NCBI GenBank assembly: GCA_965613295.1
Contig: CBFDVG010000001.1
Coordinates: 1 to 35,403, forward strand
Direction of reading: 5' to 3'
DNA from: an uncultured Thermotogaceae bacterium
GTDB lineage: Bacteria > Thermotogota > Thermotogae > Thermotogales > DSM-5069
DNA length: 35,403 nucleotides
In this document: positions 17,456 through 26,330 of the stretch, piece after piece
Position numbering within the stretch: position 1 is the stretch's first letter
How the letters are laid out: every line of letters starts with the position of its first letter
Made by a program: the position numbers and the translations under genes
Notes under the pieces: model-generated
Database searches by the model: none
The model's input: the letters and a program-made list of their open reading frames with translations, nothing else
Told to the model about the DNA's origin: nothing

Positions 17456-18412
17456 TTATGCCTGTGCCACCTTAAAGATAACTTTCAAAGCACCTGATGC
17501 CGCTCTTTCAAAGGCTTCTGAATAATCCTGCAAAGGATAAGCGTGTTCGATTAACTCTGAAACGGACAGTTTCTTTGATTCAAGAGCTTTCAGGGCTCGT
17601 TCAAACGACCCACAGCGGGAGCCTATGATCGAGATTTCATTCACCACCAGAATGCTTGAATCAATTCTGAGATCTTCGGCTGTCGTGCTCTTGAGTACCA
17701 CCTTACCCATCGGTTTCGTGATTTTGATAGCTATTGAAACTGCACGGGGATTCCCAGTTGCATCAATGGTGATATCAAAATATCGGTCAAAGCTCTCAAG
17801 TGTTTCTGCCATCTGCGTTGGAACTCCGTGTTTTTTTACAAGTGAAAGTTTCTCCTTGTGTTTGCCAAACACAACATGGTCTATATCCTCGAAGCTGAGC
17901 GCTTTGGAAATTAAGATGCCCAGCTTTCCATCACCCAAAACCGCCACTTTCAACCCCTTTTCAAAACGCACTTGTTCGGTAATTCGAAAAGCAGCTGCCA
18001 GGGGTTCAGTAAAAACTGCTTCTTCGTCACTTATGGTGTCATCAACTACGTGGAGATTTTCTTCAGGTAGAATCAGATACTCAGCAAACGCACCGTTCCA
18101 GCGATTTATTCCAAGAACTCTCATATTTCTGCAGTGCCTGCTGAGTCCTGCTTTGCAGAATTCACAGTTGTTACATGGCACGTTTATCTCACCCACAACT
18201 CTTTTGTTCAAAAGATCTGGAGATCCTTCTTTCACTGTTCCCACAAATTCATGCCCAGGTATTCCCGTGAACTTCATATACCCCTTCACTATCTCGAGGT
18301 CCGTGTTACAAATACCCGCAAGCCCCACCATCACAAGGGCATACCTTTTTCTTTCAGGCAGGCTGACATTTCTCAGGGAAAGACGGTTCCCATCAAACCA
18401 CAGAGCCTTCAC
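17456..18412 (-). CDS. Zinc-dependent alcohol/polyol dehydrogenase (MDR family)
   Basis: Catalytic Zn ligands GICNTDLE and GHEFVG, structural Zn CNNCEFCKAGLSRHC, and Rossmann VLGDGKLG. Confidence 0.85.
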   Translation of the reverse strand: MKALWFDGNRLSLRNVSLPERKRYALVMVGLAGICNTDLEIVKGYMKFTGIPGHEFVGTVKEGSPDLLNKRVVGEINVPCNNCEFCKAGLSRHCRNMRVLGINRWNGAFAEYLILPEENLHVVDDTISDEEAVFTEPLAAAFRITEQVRFEKGLKVAVLGDGKLGILISKALSFEDIDHVVFGKHKEKLSLVKKHGVPTQMAETLESFDRYFDITIDATGNPRAVSIAIKITKPMGKVVLKSTTAEDLRIDSSILVVNEISIIGSRCGSFERALKALESKKLSVSELIEHAYPLQDYSEAFERAASGALKVIFKVAQA

Positions 18413-18482
18413 ACGCTATCACTCCCATGATAGAATTTAAGCGGCAACTATAGTAATAGTATATGTTTTTGGAGGAGTGATT

Positions 18483-18779
18483 TTGAAGGTACGCTTTGGA
18501 GGTTCGGTGAGAAACCTTTTGGGTGTAAAAGAACTGGTTGTGACATCGACTTCGCTGAATGATATTTTCCGGGAGATTTCAGATAAGATCTCAAAAGAGG
18601 TTCAACTGGAACTGGATTATGAAGAGGAAAGCACCTATCTTGTGATACACAACAACGGCAAGGTGCTCAAGAGCTGGGTTGTTGCTCTTTACAACGGTGA
18701 CAGCATTTTGGCAAGTGGACAAACCAATTTTTCTCAAGATGGGGAGTTAAGCATTCTGATACCTGTTGGTGGTGGATAA
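18483..18779 (+). CDS. MoaD/ThiS-family ubiquitin-like sulfur-carrier protein
   Basis: The N-terminus KVRFGGSVRNLLG is MoaD-like, and the C-terminus is IPVGGG followed by stop. TTG 18483 lies 6 nt after GGAGGAG (the ORF-track GTG 18477 is too close to the SD). Confidence 0.65.
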   Translation: MKVRFGGSVRNLLGVKELVVTSTSLNDIFREISDKISKEVQLELDYEEESTYLVIHNNGKVLKSWVVALYNGDSILASGQTNFSQDGELSILIPVGGG

Positions 18780-19420
18780 TGTACGAGCGCCATGAGCAAC
18801 TGCTTTCGCAGTGCATGGAAAAGATTAAGAAAACAAAGGTGCTCGTTGCAGGTCTGGGGGGTCTTGGATCAACTGTTTTGAATTTATTGGCAAGAACGGG
18901 ATTTGAACATCTTTACGCTGTTGATCACAAGATTGTTGATGAACCAGACCTGAATAGACAGATCCTTTACGATCACGGTGATCTGGGAAGACGCAAAGTA
19001 GACGCGGCAGTTGAAAAGATTAAGAAAATCAACCCACAATGCTCACTGACAACTTTTGAAAAGCCTCTTCAAGAGGTGGACTTTCCCGAGATTGACATCG
19101 CAGTGGATTGCCTCGACAATTTCAAGTCCAGATTTGTTCTCGACGCTTTCTGTCAAAGAAAGCAGATTCCTCTTGTTCACGGAGGGGTATGCGAATTTCG
19201 CGGACAGATAGCCACAATCATCCCTGGACAAACTCACTCTTTGAGGGATCTTTACCATGGTGTGAAAGAGCAAACATCTTTCCAGGTATTTCCAGGAGCT
19301 GTTGTTCTTATCGCGTGTTTACAGGTAACGGAAGTTGTGAAACTCACATGTGGATCAGATCACTTGAACGGAAAAATTCTGCAGGTTAATTTGAAAGAGT
19401 ACAGTATGGAAATATTTTGA
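18779..19420 (+). CDS. ThiF/MoeB/HesA-family E1-like adenylyltransferase (short form)
   Basis: Nucleotide-binding VLVAGLGGLGS, and D..VDEPDLNRQ and DCLDNF motifs. The ATG overlaps the stop of the MoaD-like gene by 1 nt. Confidence 0.8.
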   Translation: MYERHEQLLSQCMEKIKKTKVLVAGLGGLGSTVLNLLARTGFEHLYAVDHKIVDEPDLNRQILYDHGDLGRRKVDAAVEKIKKINPQCSLTTFEKPLQEVDFPEIDIAVDCLDNFKSRFVLDAFCQRKQIPLVHGGVCEFRGQIATIIPGQTHSLRDLYHGVKEQTSFQVFPGAVVLIACLQVTEVVKLTCGSDHLNGKILQVNLKEYSMEIF

Positions 19421-19463
19421 GACTTGAAGAAGCGAAGTATTTCGTCTATAATGGTTCTTGCAT

Positions 19464-19539
19464 GGGGCCGTAGCTCAGCTGGGAGAGCGCTACCTTCGCA
19501 CGGTAGAGGTCGTGGGTTCAAGTCCCATCGGCTCCACCA
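19464..19539 (+). tRNA. tRNA-Ala (anticodon CGC), CCA encoded
   Basis: Cloverleaf GGGGCCG/CGGCTCC acceptor with the G3:U70 alanine identity pair, D-arm TAGCTCAGCTGGGAGAGC, anticodon loop TTCGCAC, T-arm GGTTCAAGTCC, and 3' ACCA. Confidence 0.95.
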
Positions 19540-19602
19540 GGCGGGGCTTTGGCTTCGTCTTTTTCTTTATGGTAAATTAGTATTAGTGCGGGGAGAGGTT
19601 AT

Positions 19603-20955
19603 ATGATTCAGAAAGTCCCTCCACACAATCTGGAGGCAGAGGAAGCTGTTCTCGGCAGTATATTCATCGACCCGGGTGTTGTGAACGATGTGATGGAGAT
19701 TTTGAGAAGTGATGATTTCTATCTGAAAAAGCATCAGCTCATCTTTTCGGCTATCGAAAAGCTCTACGATGCTGCTGAACCGATTGACGTTCTCTCGGTG
19801 TGCGAACAGTTGAAACAAAGTAAAAAGATGGCCGCCGTAGGAACAGAACTGGAGGTTGCACGGCTCGCTGAATCGGTCCCCACATCTGCTCATGCTCTTC
19901 ACTACGCACAGATTGTGCGAGATAAATCTATTCTCAGAAGCTTGATATCCACTGCGAGCGATATTGTTGAATCTGCATATAGTGAAGAAGAAGTGGATGA
20001 AATTTTGGACAGAGCAGAAAAGCAGGTATTCGAGATCGCTGAATCCAGAGCTTCGAAGACTTACCAGCATATCGGCGCCATAATGCACAACATTTTCGAA
20101 AAGCTGGAGTCAGTTCGCGAGAATCCCTCCTCTGTTGCGGAGCCAGGCGCTTTTGTAACCGGCATACCCACAGGCTTGAAGTCCCTGGATAAGCAAACAA
20201 CAGGTTTCCACGAATCAGATCTCGTCATAGTGGCGGCAAGACCTTCTATGGGAAAAACAGCGCTCGCGCTCACAATAGCCCGCAATATGGCCATACGCTT
20301 CAATATCGGAGTCGGACTATTCAGTCTTGAAATGTCAAAGGAACAACTGGCACACAGACTTCTGTGTGCTGAATCATTCGTCGATCTCCACAAGCTGAGG
20401 ACGGGCTTTCTTTCCGAGGAGGATTGGAAAAAACTGACCACGGGAGCTTCGATTCTCTACAAGGCAAATCTCATTGTTGATGACGAGCCCTCTCTCGATC
20501 CGAGAACACTCAGAGCAAAGGTCAGAAGAATGAAAAGAGAATACGGTGTGAGTGTGGTTTTCGTCGATTATCTTCAACTAATGCACGTGAAAAGATCCTC
20601 TGAGAGCAGACAGCAGGAGATCTCGGAGATATCACGCTCCTTGAAATTGCTTGCAAGAGAGCTTAACATTACGATAGTTGCACTTTCTCAGCTTTCACGT
20701 GCCGTAGAACAGCGTGAAGATAAAAGGCCAAGACTGAGTGATCTTAGAGAGTCAGGAGCCATCGAACAGGATGCCGACACTGTGATATTTATCTACAGAG
20801 ATGAGTATTATCGGAGAACCGAGAAACTCTATGAACCTCATGAAGCAGAAGTGATAATAGGAAAGCAGAGAAACGGCCCTGTGGGAACCGTGAAGCTGAT
20901 GTTTAATCCTAAGAACACCTCGTTTTTTGAGCAGGACTCAATAAGAGAGGTTTAA
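19603..20955 (+). CDS. dnaB: Replicative DNA helicase
   Basis: N-terminal PPHNLEAEEAVLGS, Walker A ARPSMGKTA, and RecA-like C-terminal domain motifs (SLEMS, VDYLQLM, ALSQLSR). Confidence 0.95.
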   Translation: MIQKVPPHNLEAEEAVLGSIFIDPGVVNDVMEILRSDDFYLKKHQLIFSAIEKLYDAAEPIDVLSVCEQLKQSKKMAAVGTELEVARLAESVPTSAHALHYAQIVRDKSILRSLISTASDIVESAYSEEEVDEILDRAEKQVFEIAESRASKTYQHIGAIMHNIFEKLESVRENPSSVAEPGAFVTGIPTGLKSLDKQTTGFHESDLVIVAARPSMGKTALALTIARNMAIRFNIGVGLFSLEMSKEQLAHRLLCAESFVDLHKLRTGFLSEEDWKKLTTGASILYKANLIVDDEPSLDPRTLRAKVRRMKREYGVSVVFVDYLQLMHVKRSSESRQQEISEISRSLKLLARELNITIVALSQLSRAVEQREDKRPRLSDLRESGAIEQDADTVIFIYRDEYYRRTEKLYEPHEAEVIIGKQRNGPVGTVKLMFNPKNTSFFEQDSIREV

Positions 20956-20959
20956 CAAT

Positions 20960-21427
20960 ATGCCTGAAACACGGGTGGGATTTGGAACAGACAGGCACAG
21001 GTTTGCAACAAATCGTCCGTTGATAATTGGAGGCGTGAGGATAAAATCCGATTTAGGACTTGACGGACATTCTGATGCAGATGTGCTCTGTCACGCGATA
21101 ATTGATGCTCTTATTGGGGCGTGCAAACTCGGTGATATCGGCGATTTCTTCCCAGAAACGGAAGAATACAAGGACGCTCAGAGTATTGCGCTTCTCAGAA
21201 AGACAGTCAATCTGGTCACAGATAAGGGTTGGAAAATCGTGAATATCGACGCGACGGTTGTCACAGGTTATGTAAAACTGTCTCCATATCGTCAGCAGAT
21301 AGAAGAATCTCTTTCTTCAATTTTGGGAATACCAGCGGTCAACGTGAAGTTCAAGAGCGGCAATACTCTGGGCTTCGAATACAAGGAAGGCATTTCCGCG
21401 TGGGCTATATGCTTACTTTCAAGGTAA
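20960..21427 (+). CDS. ispF: 2-C-methyl-D-erythritol 2,4-cyclodiphosphate synthase
   Basis: GFGTDRHRF and GHSDADVLCHAIIDALIGA motifs. 155 aa. Confidence 0.9.
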   Translation: MPETRVGFGTDRHRFATNRPLIIGGVRIKSDLGLDGHSDADVLCHAIIDALIGACKLGDIGDFFPETEEYKDAQSIALLRKTVNLVTDKGWKIVNIDATVVTGYVKLSPYRQQIEESLSSILGIPAVNVKFKSGNTLGFEYKEGISAWAICLLSR

Positions 21428-22162
21428 TCTGCCTGTTGGAACCTCTTTTCCATCAAGAACTCTGTAAGCCTTCTCTATGAGCCACTCTTCGTTTGAGAAC
21501 ACAAGAACTCCATCTTTAGAAAATGGATCATTCACGCTCACTGAACGCTTGTTTTTGTTTAATAAAACAACGGCACCTTCGAGTAGCTGGCGTCTCAAAG
21601 AGTCGATATCTATCGTCTCAATCGGAGGAGGATCTACCAGTCGAGGCAGTTTACCCCTGATAACTCCCTGAGGTGTCGCAAAAGTTGTTGCATATCCCAT
21701 TCTTTCTAATAGAAGAGCCTTACTCTCATCTTCTACATACGCTGGATACACCGCCTCTCTGCTGATCAACGATTTCACAATATTGGGATCTACTTCTCCT
21801 GTCGCATTCAAAAGAGGAACTACACCTCCACTGACTAACCCCTCTGCGAGATAGACGAGTACCTGAGCGGTAATGTAAGGTGACCTTGATATTTTTCCAA
21901 GAGGAGATTCATCATCTTGCTTCAATGTACTCATAGTACCAATCACACAGTACTCATATCCTCTGAGACGTGCAAGCATTGCGACTGCATATCCAACATC
22001 TCGAGCCAGTTCCAGATTTTGATTGCAACCCAAACTCAATAAAGAAACATCTTTCAGCAGTTGCTCCAGAGGTGCGGTCAAGATTTGAACATCTTCACTC
22101 AAAACTATCGAGCATATCAAGAACAAAGATACCAGGACCACCTTCAATATTCGACGGCACAA
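21419..22162 (-). CDS. Hypothetical secreted protein (N-terminal signal peptide)
   Basis: TTG start 10 nt after AAGGAGGTG (the SD lies inside the upstream HAD gene). Hydrophobic N-terminus ILKVVLVSLFLICSIVLS. I recognise no catalytic motif. Confidence 0.5.
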   Translation of the reverse strand: MCRRILKVVLVSLFLICSIVLSEDVQILTAPLEQLLKDVSLLSLGCNQNLELARDVGYAVAMLARLRGYEYCVIGTMSTLKQDDESPLGKISRSPYITAQVLVYLAEGLVSGGVVPLLNATGEVDPNIVKSLISREAVYPAYVEDESKALLLERMGYATTFATPQGVIRGKLPRLVDPPPIETIDIDSLRRQLLEGAVVLLNKNKRSVSVNDPFSKDGVLVFSNEEWLIEKAYRVLDGKEVPTGRLP

Positions 22163-22889
22163 TCTTGTCAGCCACCTCCTTCAACGCGTCTGTAGCGTTA
22201 TCAACAGCTACGCCAATTCCAGCTTCCTGAAGAAGCGGGATATCGTTGTCATTATCACCAAAAGCAACAATATCATTTGAATGCCAGCCATTATATCTTG
22301 AAAGCAGTTGAAGAGCCTTACCCTTATTGTATTCCTTTGGAACAAAGTCCAGATAAGTGTCAAAGGATTTGAAAATCGATAGATTGTGAAACTGTGATCT
22401 CATCTCCAAAGATATTTCGTTCAAAGTCCCAGGGTTGCCTATGGCCAGTATCTTGGTGGCACCGGTTTCAACTACCTTCAGCAGATCATCTACGAGCTTG
22501 AAAGGAACTTCAGAATGCTTAGCATAGCTTCTTATGTACTCGTTGTCTTCCTCGGAAATGAGCTCGTCGTTCACGTACACCTGGCGGTGAACGCCCTTTT
22601 CTCTTAACTTCAATATTACTCTCGAAGCTGTGGAGCAATCGATTTCCCCGTCGAGTATCTTACCCTTTTCAGGAATCCAGACTACACATCCATTGTACGC
22701 TATCAATGGGAAGTCCTTTTGAAAATATCGCTTTACCAGATTTTGTATGGAAACGAGCATGCGGCCACTCGCGAAAACGATTTCTTTTCCCAACAACAGC
22801 AATTTTTCTATGGCATCGATGTTCTTTGGATGAATGTTGTGATCGTCCACAAGAATTGTCTTATCAAGGTCAAAGACAAAAACCTTCAA
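22095..22889 (-). CDS. Cof-type HAD-IIB family phosphatase
   Basis: Motif I FDLDKTIL, motif II ASGR, motif IV GDNDNDIPLL. 264 aa. Confidence 0.85.
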   Translation of the reverse strand: MKVFVFDLDKTILVDDHNIHPKNIDAIEKLLLLGKEIVFASGRMLVSIQNLVKRYFQKDFPLIAYNGCVVWIPEKGKILDGEIDCSTASRVILKLREKGVHRQVYVNDELISEEDNEYIRSYAKHSEVPFKLVDDLLKVVETGATKILAIGNPGTLNEISLEMRSQFHNLSIFKSFDTYLDFVPKEYNKGKALQLLSRYNGWHSNDIVAFGDNDNDIPLLQEAGIGVAVDNATDALKEVADKIVPSNIEGGPGIFVLDMLDSFE

Positions 22890-23770
22890 AAGCTTTCTCC
22901 CTCCTTGAAGAGATGTTCAAAATAACTTATGTATTCGCTCACAACAGCTTCGTCGGTTATCACGACGGCGAGCTCTGCGTTTGAGTTATAACCACTTTTA
23001 GTCGCGTTTGCCGATCCTGTTATCACACATTCTCCATCAACTATTATAAGCTTACTGTGCAGAGTGCGGCTTTTGACAACACGAACTTCGAAGCTTTCGG
23101 ATGGTATTTGAGCTATAGGCGAATTCGCCAGAAACCATTTGTCTGTGACAACACGAACATTTACACCTCTACAATTTAGTATTTTCAAAATTGCCCACAG
23201 CTCTGGGTGAGTCAAAGCATACATGGCTATGCACACGCTTTTCTTCGCCTGAGAGATTCTGTTCAGTACTTCGTTTTCAATATCGTGGGTAAATGCCCGC
23301 AGGCCTTCAGCTTCGGCGTTCAGGGAGAAATCTCTACCAGCCCACATTTCAAGAAAGAATTGCTTTAGCTGTGAAGCGAATTTCTTGGAACTCACAATGA
23401 TTAGATCGTTGTAGGACTCTTTCAAGCTATGAACTGTGAAGTTGGCACTACTCAAAATCGCCGTGTGGTCATCTAAAATGATCGTTTTCATGTGAAACAA
23501 GGATTTCTCCGCATCTATCTTCATTTTGATGTTACCGGCGGCAAAGGGTGTTTCAATGATGGCACGAACATCAACACCTCTTGAAGCCAGATAATCAAGC
23601 AACTGAATTACCTCAGGATGATCAACAGAGTAACTCGTAACATAGACACTTTCCTCTGCTGATTCCACAACGGAAAGTATCTGCTCAACCGATTCCAAAG
23701 GTGTGAAGATGACATCAAATGCATATAGGAAGCATGTTATCATTGTAATGAAAAGTACGATTGTTCGCAC
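22886..23770 (-). CDS. Phospholipase D-family protein with two HKD motifs and an N-terminal membrane anchor/signal
   Basis: HKD1 FHMKTIILDDHTAILSSANFT and HKD2 LHSKLIIVDGECVITGSANAT. Hydrophobic N-terminus IVLFITMITCFLYAF. Confidence 0.85.
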   Translation of the reverse strand: MRTIVLFITMITCFLYAFDVIFTPLESVEQILSVVESAEESVYVTSYSVDHPEVIQLLDYLASRGVDVRAIIETPFAAGNIKMKIDAEKSLFHMKTIILDDHTAILSSANFTVHSLKESYNDLIIVSSKKFASQLKQFFLEMWAGRDFSLNAEAEGLRAFTHDIENEVLNRISQAKKSVCIAMYALTHPELWAILKILNCRGVNVRVVTDKWFLANSPIAQIPSESFEVRVVKSRTLHSKLIIVDGECVITGSANATKSGYNSNAELAVVITDEAVVSEYISYFEHLFKEGESF

Positions 23771-23815
23771 ATGGTTATTATACAGCTTCCAATTACTGAG
23801 AGGTGAGAGTTTTTC

Positions 23816-24427
23816 ATGCAGAAGGTGACGGACTACATCACGCGTGTTGTCACAGGACCCATTGAAACCAACACTTACATAATTGAAACTTCTCCACCAA
23901 TTGTTGTAGATCCCGGCACTGGGATCTCACAATATGTGAAAAAACCATGCGTTGTTCTCTTAACTCACACTCATTATGATCACATATGTGGCCTTGCAGA
24001 AATCAATGTGCAGAGAGTTTACGTTTCAAAGGAAGATCTTGCTGGTTTGAGAGATCCAAATATGAATCTTTCGCGAGCATTTGGTGTTGAGTTTTCGTGG
24101 GGCGGAGAATATCAACTCTTTGAAAGCGAGATGAGTATATCGGGATTGGAATTCCAGGTGTTAAGTACTCCAGGGCATACAGAGGGATCGGTCGTTCTCA
24201 TGTTAGAAAACGTTTTCTTCACGGGTGACACAGTTTTCTTGGATAGCATCGGTAGAGTTGATTTCCCTTCGTCCAGCAGAAAGAAAATGAAGGAAAGCAT
24301 AGCAAAGCTTTTAACCGTATTCAGAGGAGTTGATCCAGAGACTATCGTACTGCCCGGGCACATGGAATGGGGTTCGGTACATCAACTGTTAAGGTTGAAT
24401 CCATTCTTCAAGGTGGTGGAATCTTGA
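23816..24427 (+). CDS. MBL-fold metallo-hydrolase (glyoxalase II-like, 203 aa)
   Basis: HxHxDH motif LTHTHYDH, and downstream TPGHTEGS and GD motifs. Confidence 0.85.
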   Translation: MQKVTDYITRVVTGPIETNTYIIETSPPIVVDPGTGISQYVKKPCVVLLTHTHYDHICGLAEINVQRVYVSKEDLAGLRDPNMNLSRAFGVEFSWGGEYQLFESEMSISGLEFQVLSTPGHTEGSVVLMLENVFFTGDTVFLDSIGRVDFPSSSRKKMKESIAKLLTVFRGVDPETIVLPGHMEWGSVHQLLRLNPFFKVVES

Positions 24428-24909
24428 AAAAAGTACTGATTTGCTGTGTCGTGCTGTTGTTTTTAAACCTATGGGGATGCATGATGAGAAGCGTTAATGT
24501 TCCACCCAACAGCTATTCGCCAATATCGGCTATAAATATAGTTCAGAACAACTACCACTTGAATTTCACAGATGTTGTTGATAACGTTTACTCAGTTCGG
24601 GCGAAGGGAATGGTCGCGTCATTTGGAAAGGAAGAGAAAGCATATCTTCTGTATGTTTTCAAAGGCGATAGTTCTTCTGTAAAGGAACATTGGAAAGCAC
24701 TGGTCAAGGAGCTCGGTATATGGAAGGCAAGAACATATTTGGATTTTCCATCAAGTGGCTTGTACAGTATAAGTGTTAATGGAAAAAAGATCATCGCGTG
24801 GTGGAAAAAAGCATGGTTCTTTGTTGCGGAATCTTCTGCGGACACCGAGGAATTTGCGGATCACGTCATGGATGTCTACAAGCAGCTTGAAGAGGGCACA
24901 GCATGGTGA
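24424..24909 (+). CDS. Putative lipoprotein of unknown function
   Basis: TTG 24424 overlaps the MBL stop and lies behind AAGGTGGTGGA. The signal KKVLICCVVLLFLNLWGC has a lipobox-like LWGC. Confidence 0.55.
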   Translation: MKKVLICCVVLLFLNLWGCMMRSVNVPPNSYSPISAINIVQNNYHLNFTDVVDNVYSVRAKGMVASFGKEEKAYLLYVFKGDSSSVKEHWKALVKELGIWKARTYLDFPSSGLYSISVNGKKIIAWWKKAWFFVAESSADTEEFADHVMDVYKQLEEGTAW

Positions 24910-26330
24910 AAGAGGATGTAGCGAAACTGTTCTGCATTCTCGACGGAGCTGACTCCATAGGTGGGACAAAGCTCGTCATTCACACAGACGATGGAGATAT
25001 CATGATTGACTTTGGTCTCAACTACAAGAAAAAATCACAGTACTTCGATGAATTCCTATCTCAGAGATCTCAAGTCGGTTTGAAAGATTACTTCACAACA
25101 GGTCTTCTGCCAAGAGTTCACAACATTTACAGAGAAGATCTGCTGAAGCTCAGTCCAAAATATTCCTGGGAGTACTCGTTGAAGCTGAGCAAAGTTGTCA
25201 TAAGTCATGCACATCTTGATCACGCCGGTATGCTGCCCTTTCTCAGGCCCGACGTACCCGTGTTGTGTTCAGTTGAAAGCCATGCCATACTCTCATCTCT
25301 TCAAGAAACATCGGGAGGAAAAGTGGAAAGCGAGTTCATCAGGGTTTCAAAAAGAGAACTCCAAACTTCCAAAGCTCACAGAAGAACCGTAAAGGGCGCG
25401 CAGACATCGAGAGAGTTTTCTTACGAAGACGACCGAATACTAACGTTCAGCACAGATCATTCCATACCAGGGGCACAGATGTGCGCCGTAAAGGTGCAAG
25501 GAGTGTGGATTGTATACACCGGCGATTTCAGATTTGGTGGCCTGAGAGATGCCGAGACAAGGCAAGCCATGAGAAAGATCAGCTCCTTAGAGGGTGAAAA
25601 GGTCATTTTTGTGGAGGGTACAAGATTCAATTCCAAGAAGAAAAGTAAAAGAGCCACGGAAAGAGATGTCTTAGATGCTTTACGAGGATATATCAGTCAG
25701 TACCAAGGGAAACTGGTTGTTGTAGACTGCGGTTTGAGAAATATCGATCGTCTCTCCTCTGTTTTTGAAGTAAGCGGGAAGCTAAATAGAATCCCTGTTT
25801 TGATGCCGAAAACGTTTCATTTGATAGAGACACTGTTTGATTTCACAGATGAGGCGAGATACAAAAACATTTTGAATCAAGCACGTGTATACATCAGAAA
25901 GCGAAACACAAGAAAGTGGGAAAAAGAATTGCTTGAAAGATCTCGGACAGTCGATGAGAATGACATTAACAAAAGTCCAGGGTCATATGTGCTGTGTTTC
26001 AATTATTACGACATCTTGGAGCTTTCTGATATGAATACGACAAACGGCGGCTACATTTACAGCAACACAGAACCGTTCAACGAAGAAATGGAAATCGATC
26101 TGAATCGCCTAAGGAATTGGGTGTCTCGGCTCGGAATGACTTTTCATGGTTGGGAAGAAGAATCTCCTCTGCACGTTTCAGGGCACTTGAGCCCCAATGA
26201 GGTACTGGAATTCCTTGATTCTGTGCAACCAGTGTGCGTGATTCCTGTGCACTGCGAAGAACCTTTGGAATACTCGAGGTTCCTTCAAAAAAATGGATTC
26301 AGTGTTCTGAACCCGCTGTTTCCACAATGA
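24903..26330 (+). CDS. RNase J-like MBL/beta-CASP family hydrolase (divergent, short)
   Basis: GGTKLVIHTDDGDIMIDFGL, SHAHLDHAG, STDHSIPGA and YTGDFRF resemble RNase J motifs. At 475 aa it lacks a long C-terminal domain. 7-nt overlap with the lipoprotein gene. Confidence 0.6.
   Translation: MVKEDVAKLFCILDGADSIGGTKLVIHTDDGDIMIDFGLNYKKKSQYFDEFLSQRSQVGLKDYFTTGLLPRVHNIYREDLLKLSPKYSWEYSLKLSKVVISHAHLDHAGMLPFLRPDVPVLCSVESHAILSSLQETSGGKVESEFIRVSKRELQTSKAHRRTVKGAQTSREFSYEDDRILTFSTDHSIPGAQMCAVKVQGVWIVYTGDFRFGGLRDAETRQAMRKISSLEGEKVIFVEGTRFNSKKKSKRATERDVLDALRGYISQYQGKLVVVDCGLRNIDRLSSVFEVSGKLNRIPVLMPKTFHLIETLFDFTDEARYKNILNQARVYIRKRNTRKWEKELLERSRTVDENDINKSPGSYVLCFNYYDILELSDMNTTNGGYIYSNTEPFNEEMEIDLNRLRNWVSRLGMTFHGWEEESPLHVSGHLSPNEVLEFLDSVQPVCVIPVHCEEPLEYSRFLQKNGFSVLNPLFPQ

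Noticed and set aside
17625-18440. 271-aa plus-strand ORF, plus the 98-aa ORF at 18134-18430
   Set aside because: Both are entirely antisense to the well-supported Zn-dehydrogenase gene. The translation is Ser/Thr/Pro-rich and low-complexity, with no SD and no motifs. They look like shadow ORFs.
19424-19606. 60-aa ORF (MKKRSISSIMVLAWGRSSAGRALPSHGRGRGFKSHRLH...)
   Set aside because: It is a read-through translation of the tRNA-Ala gene (19464-19539). The SSAGRALPSHGRGRGFKSHRLH string is the typical artefact of translating a tRNA.
19567-20441. 173-aa, 88-aa and 126-aa minus-strand ORFs
   Set aside because: They are antisense to dnaB, whose motifs are unambiguous. Shadow ORFs.
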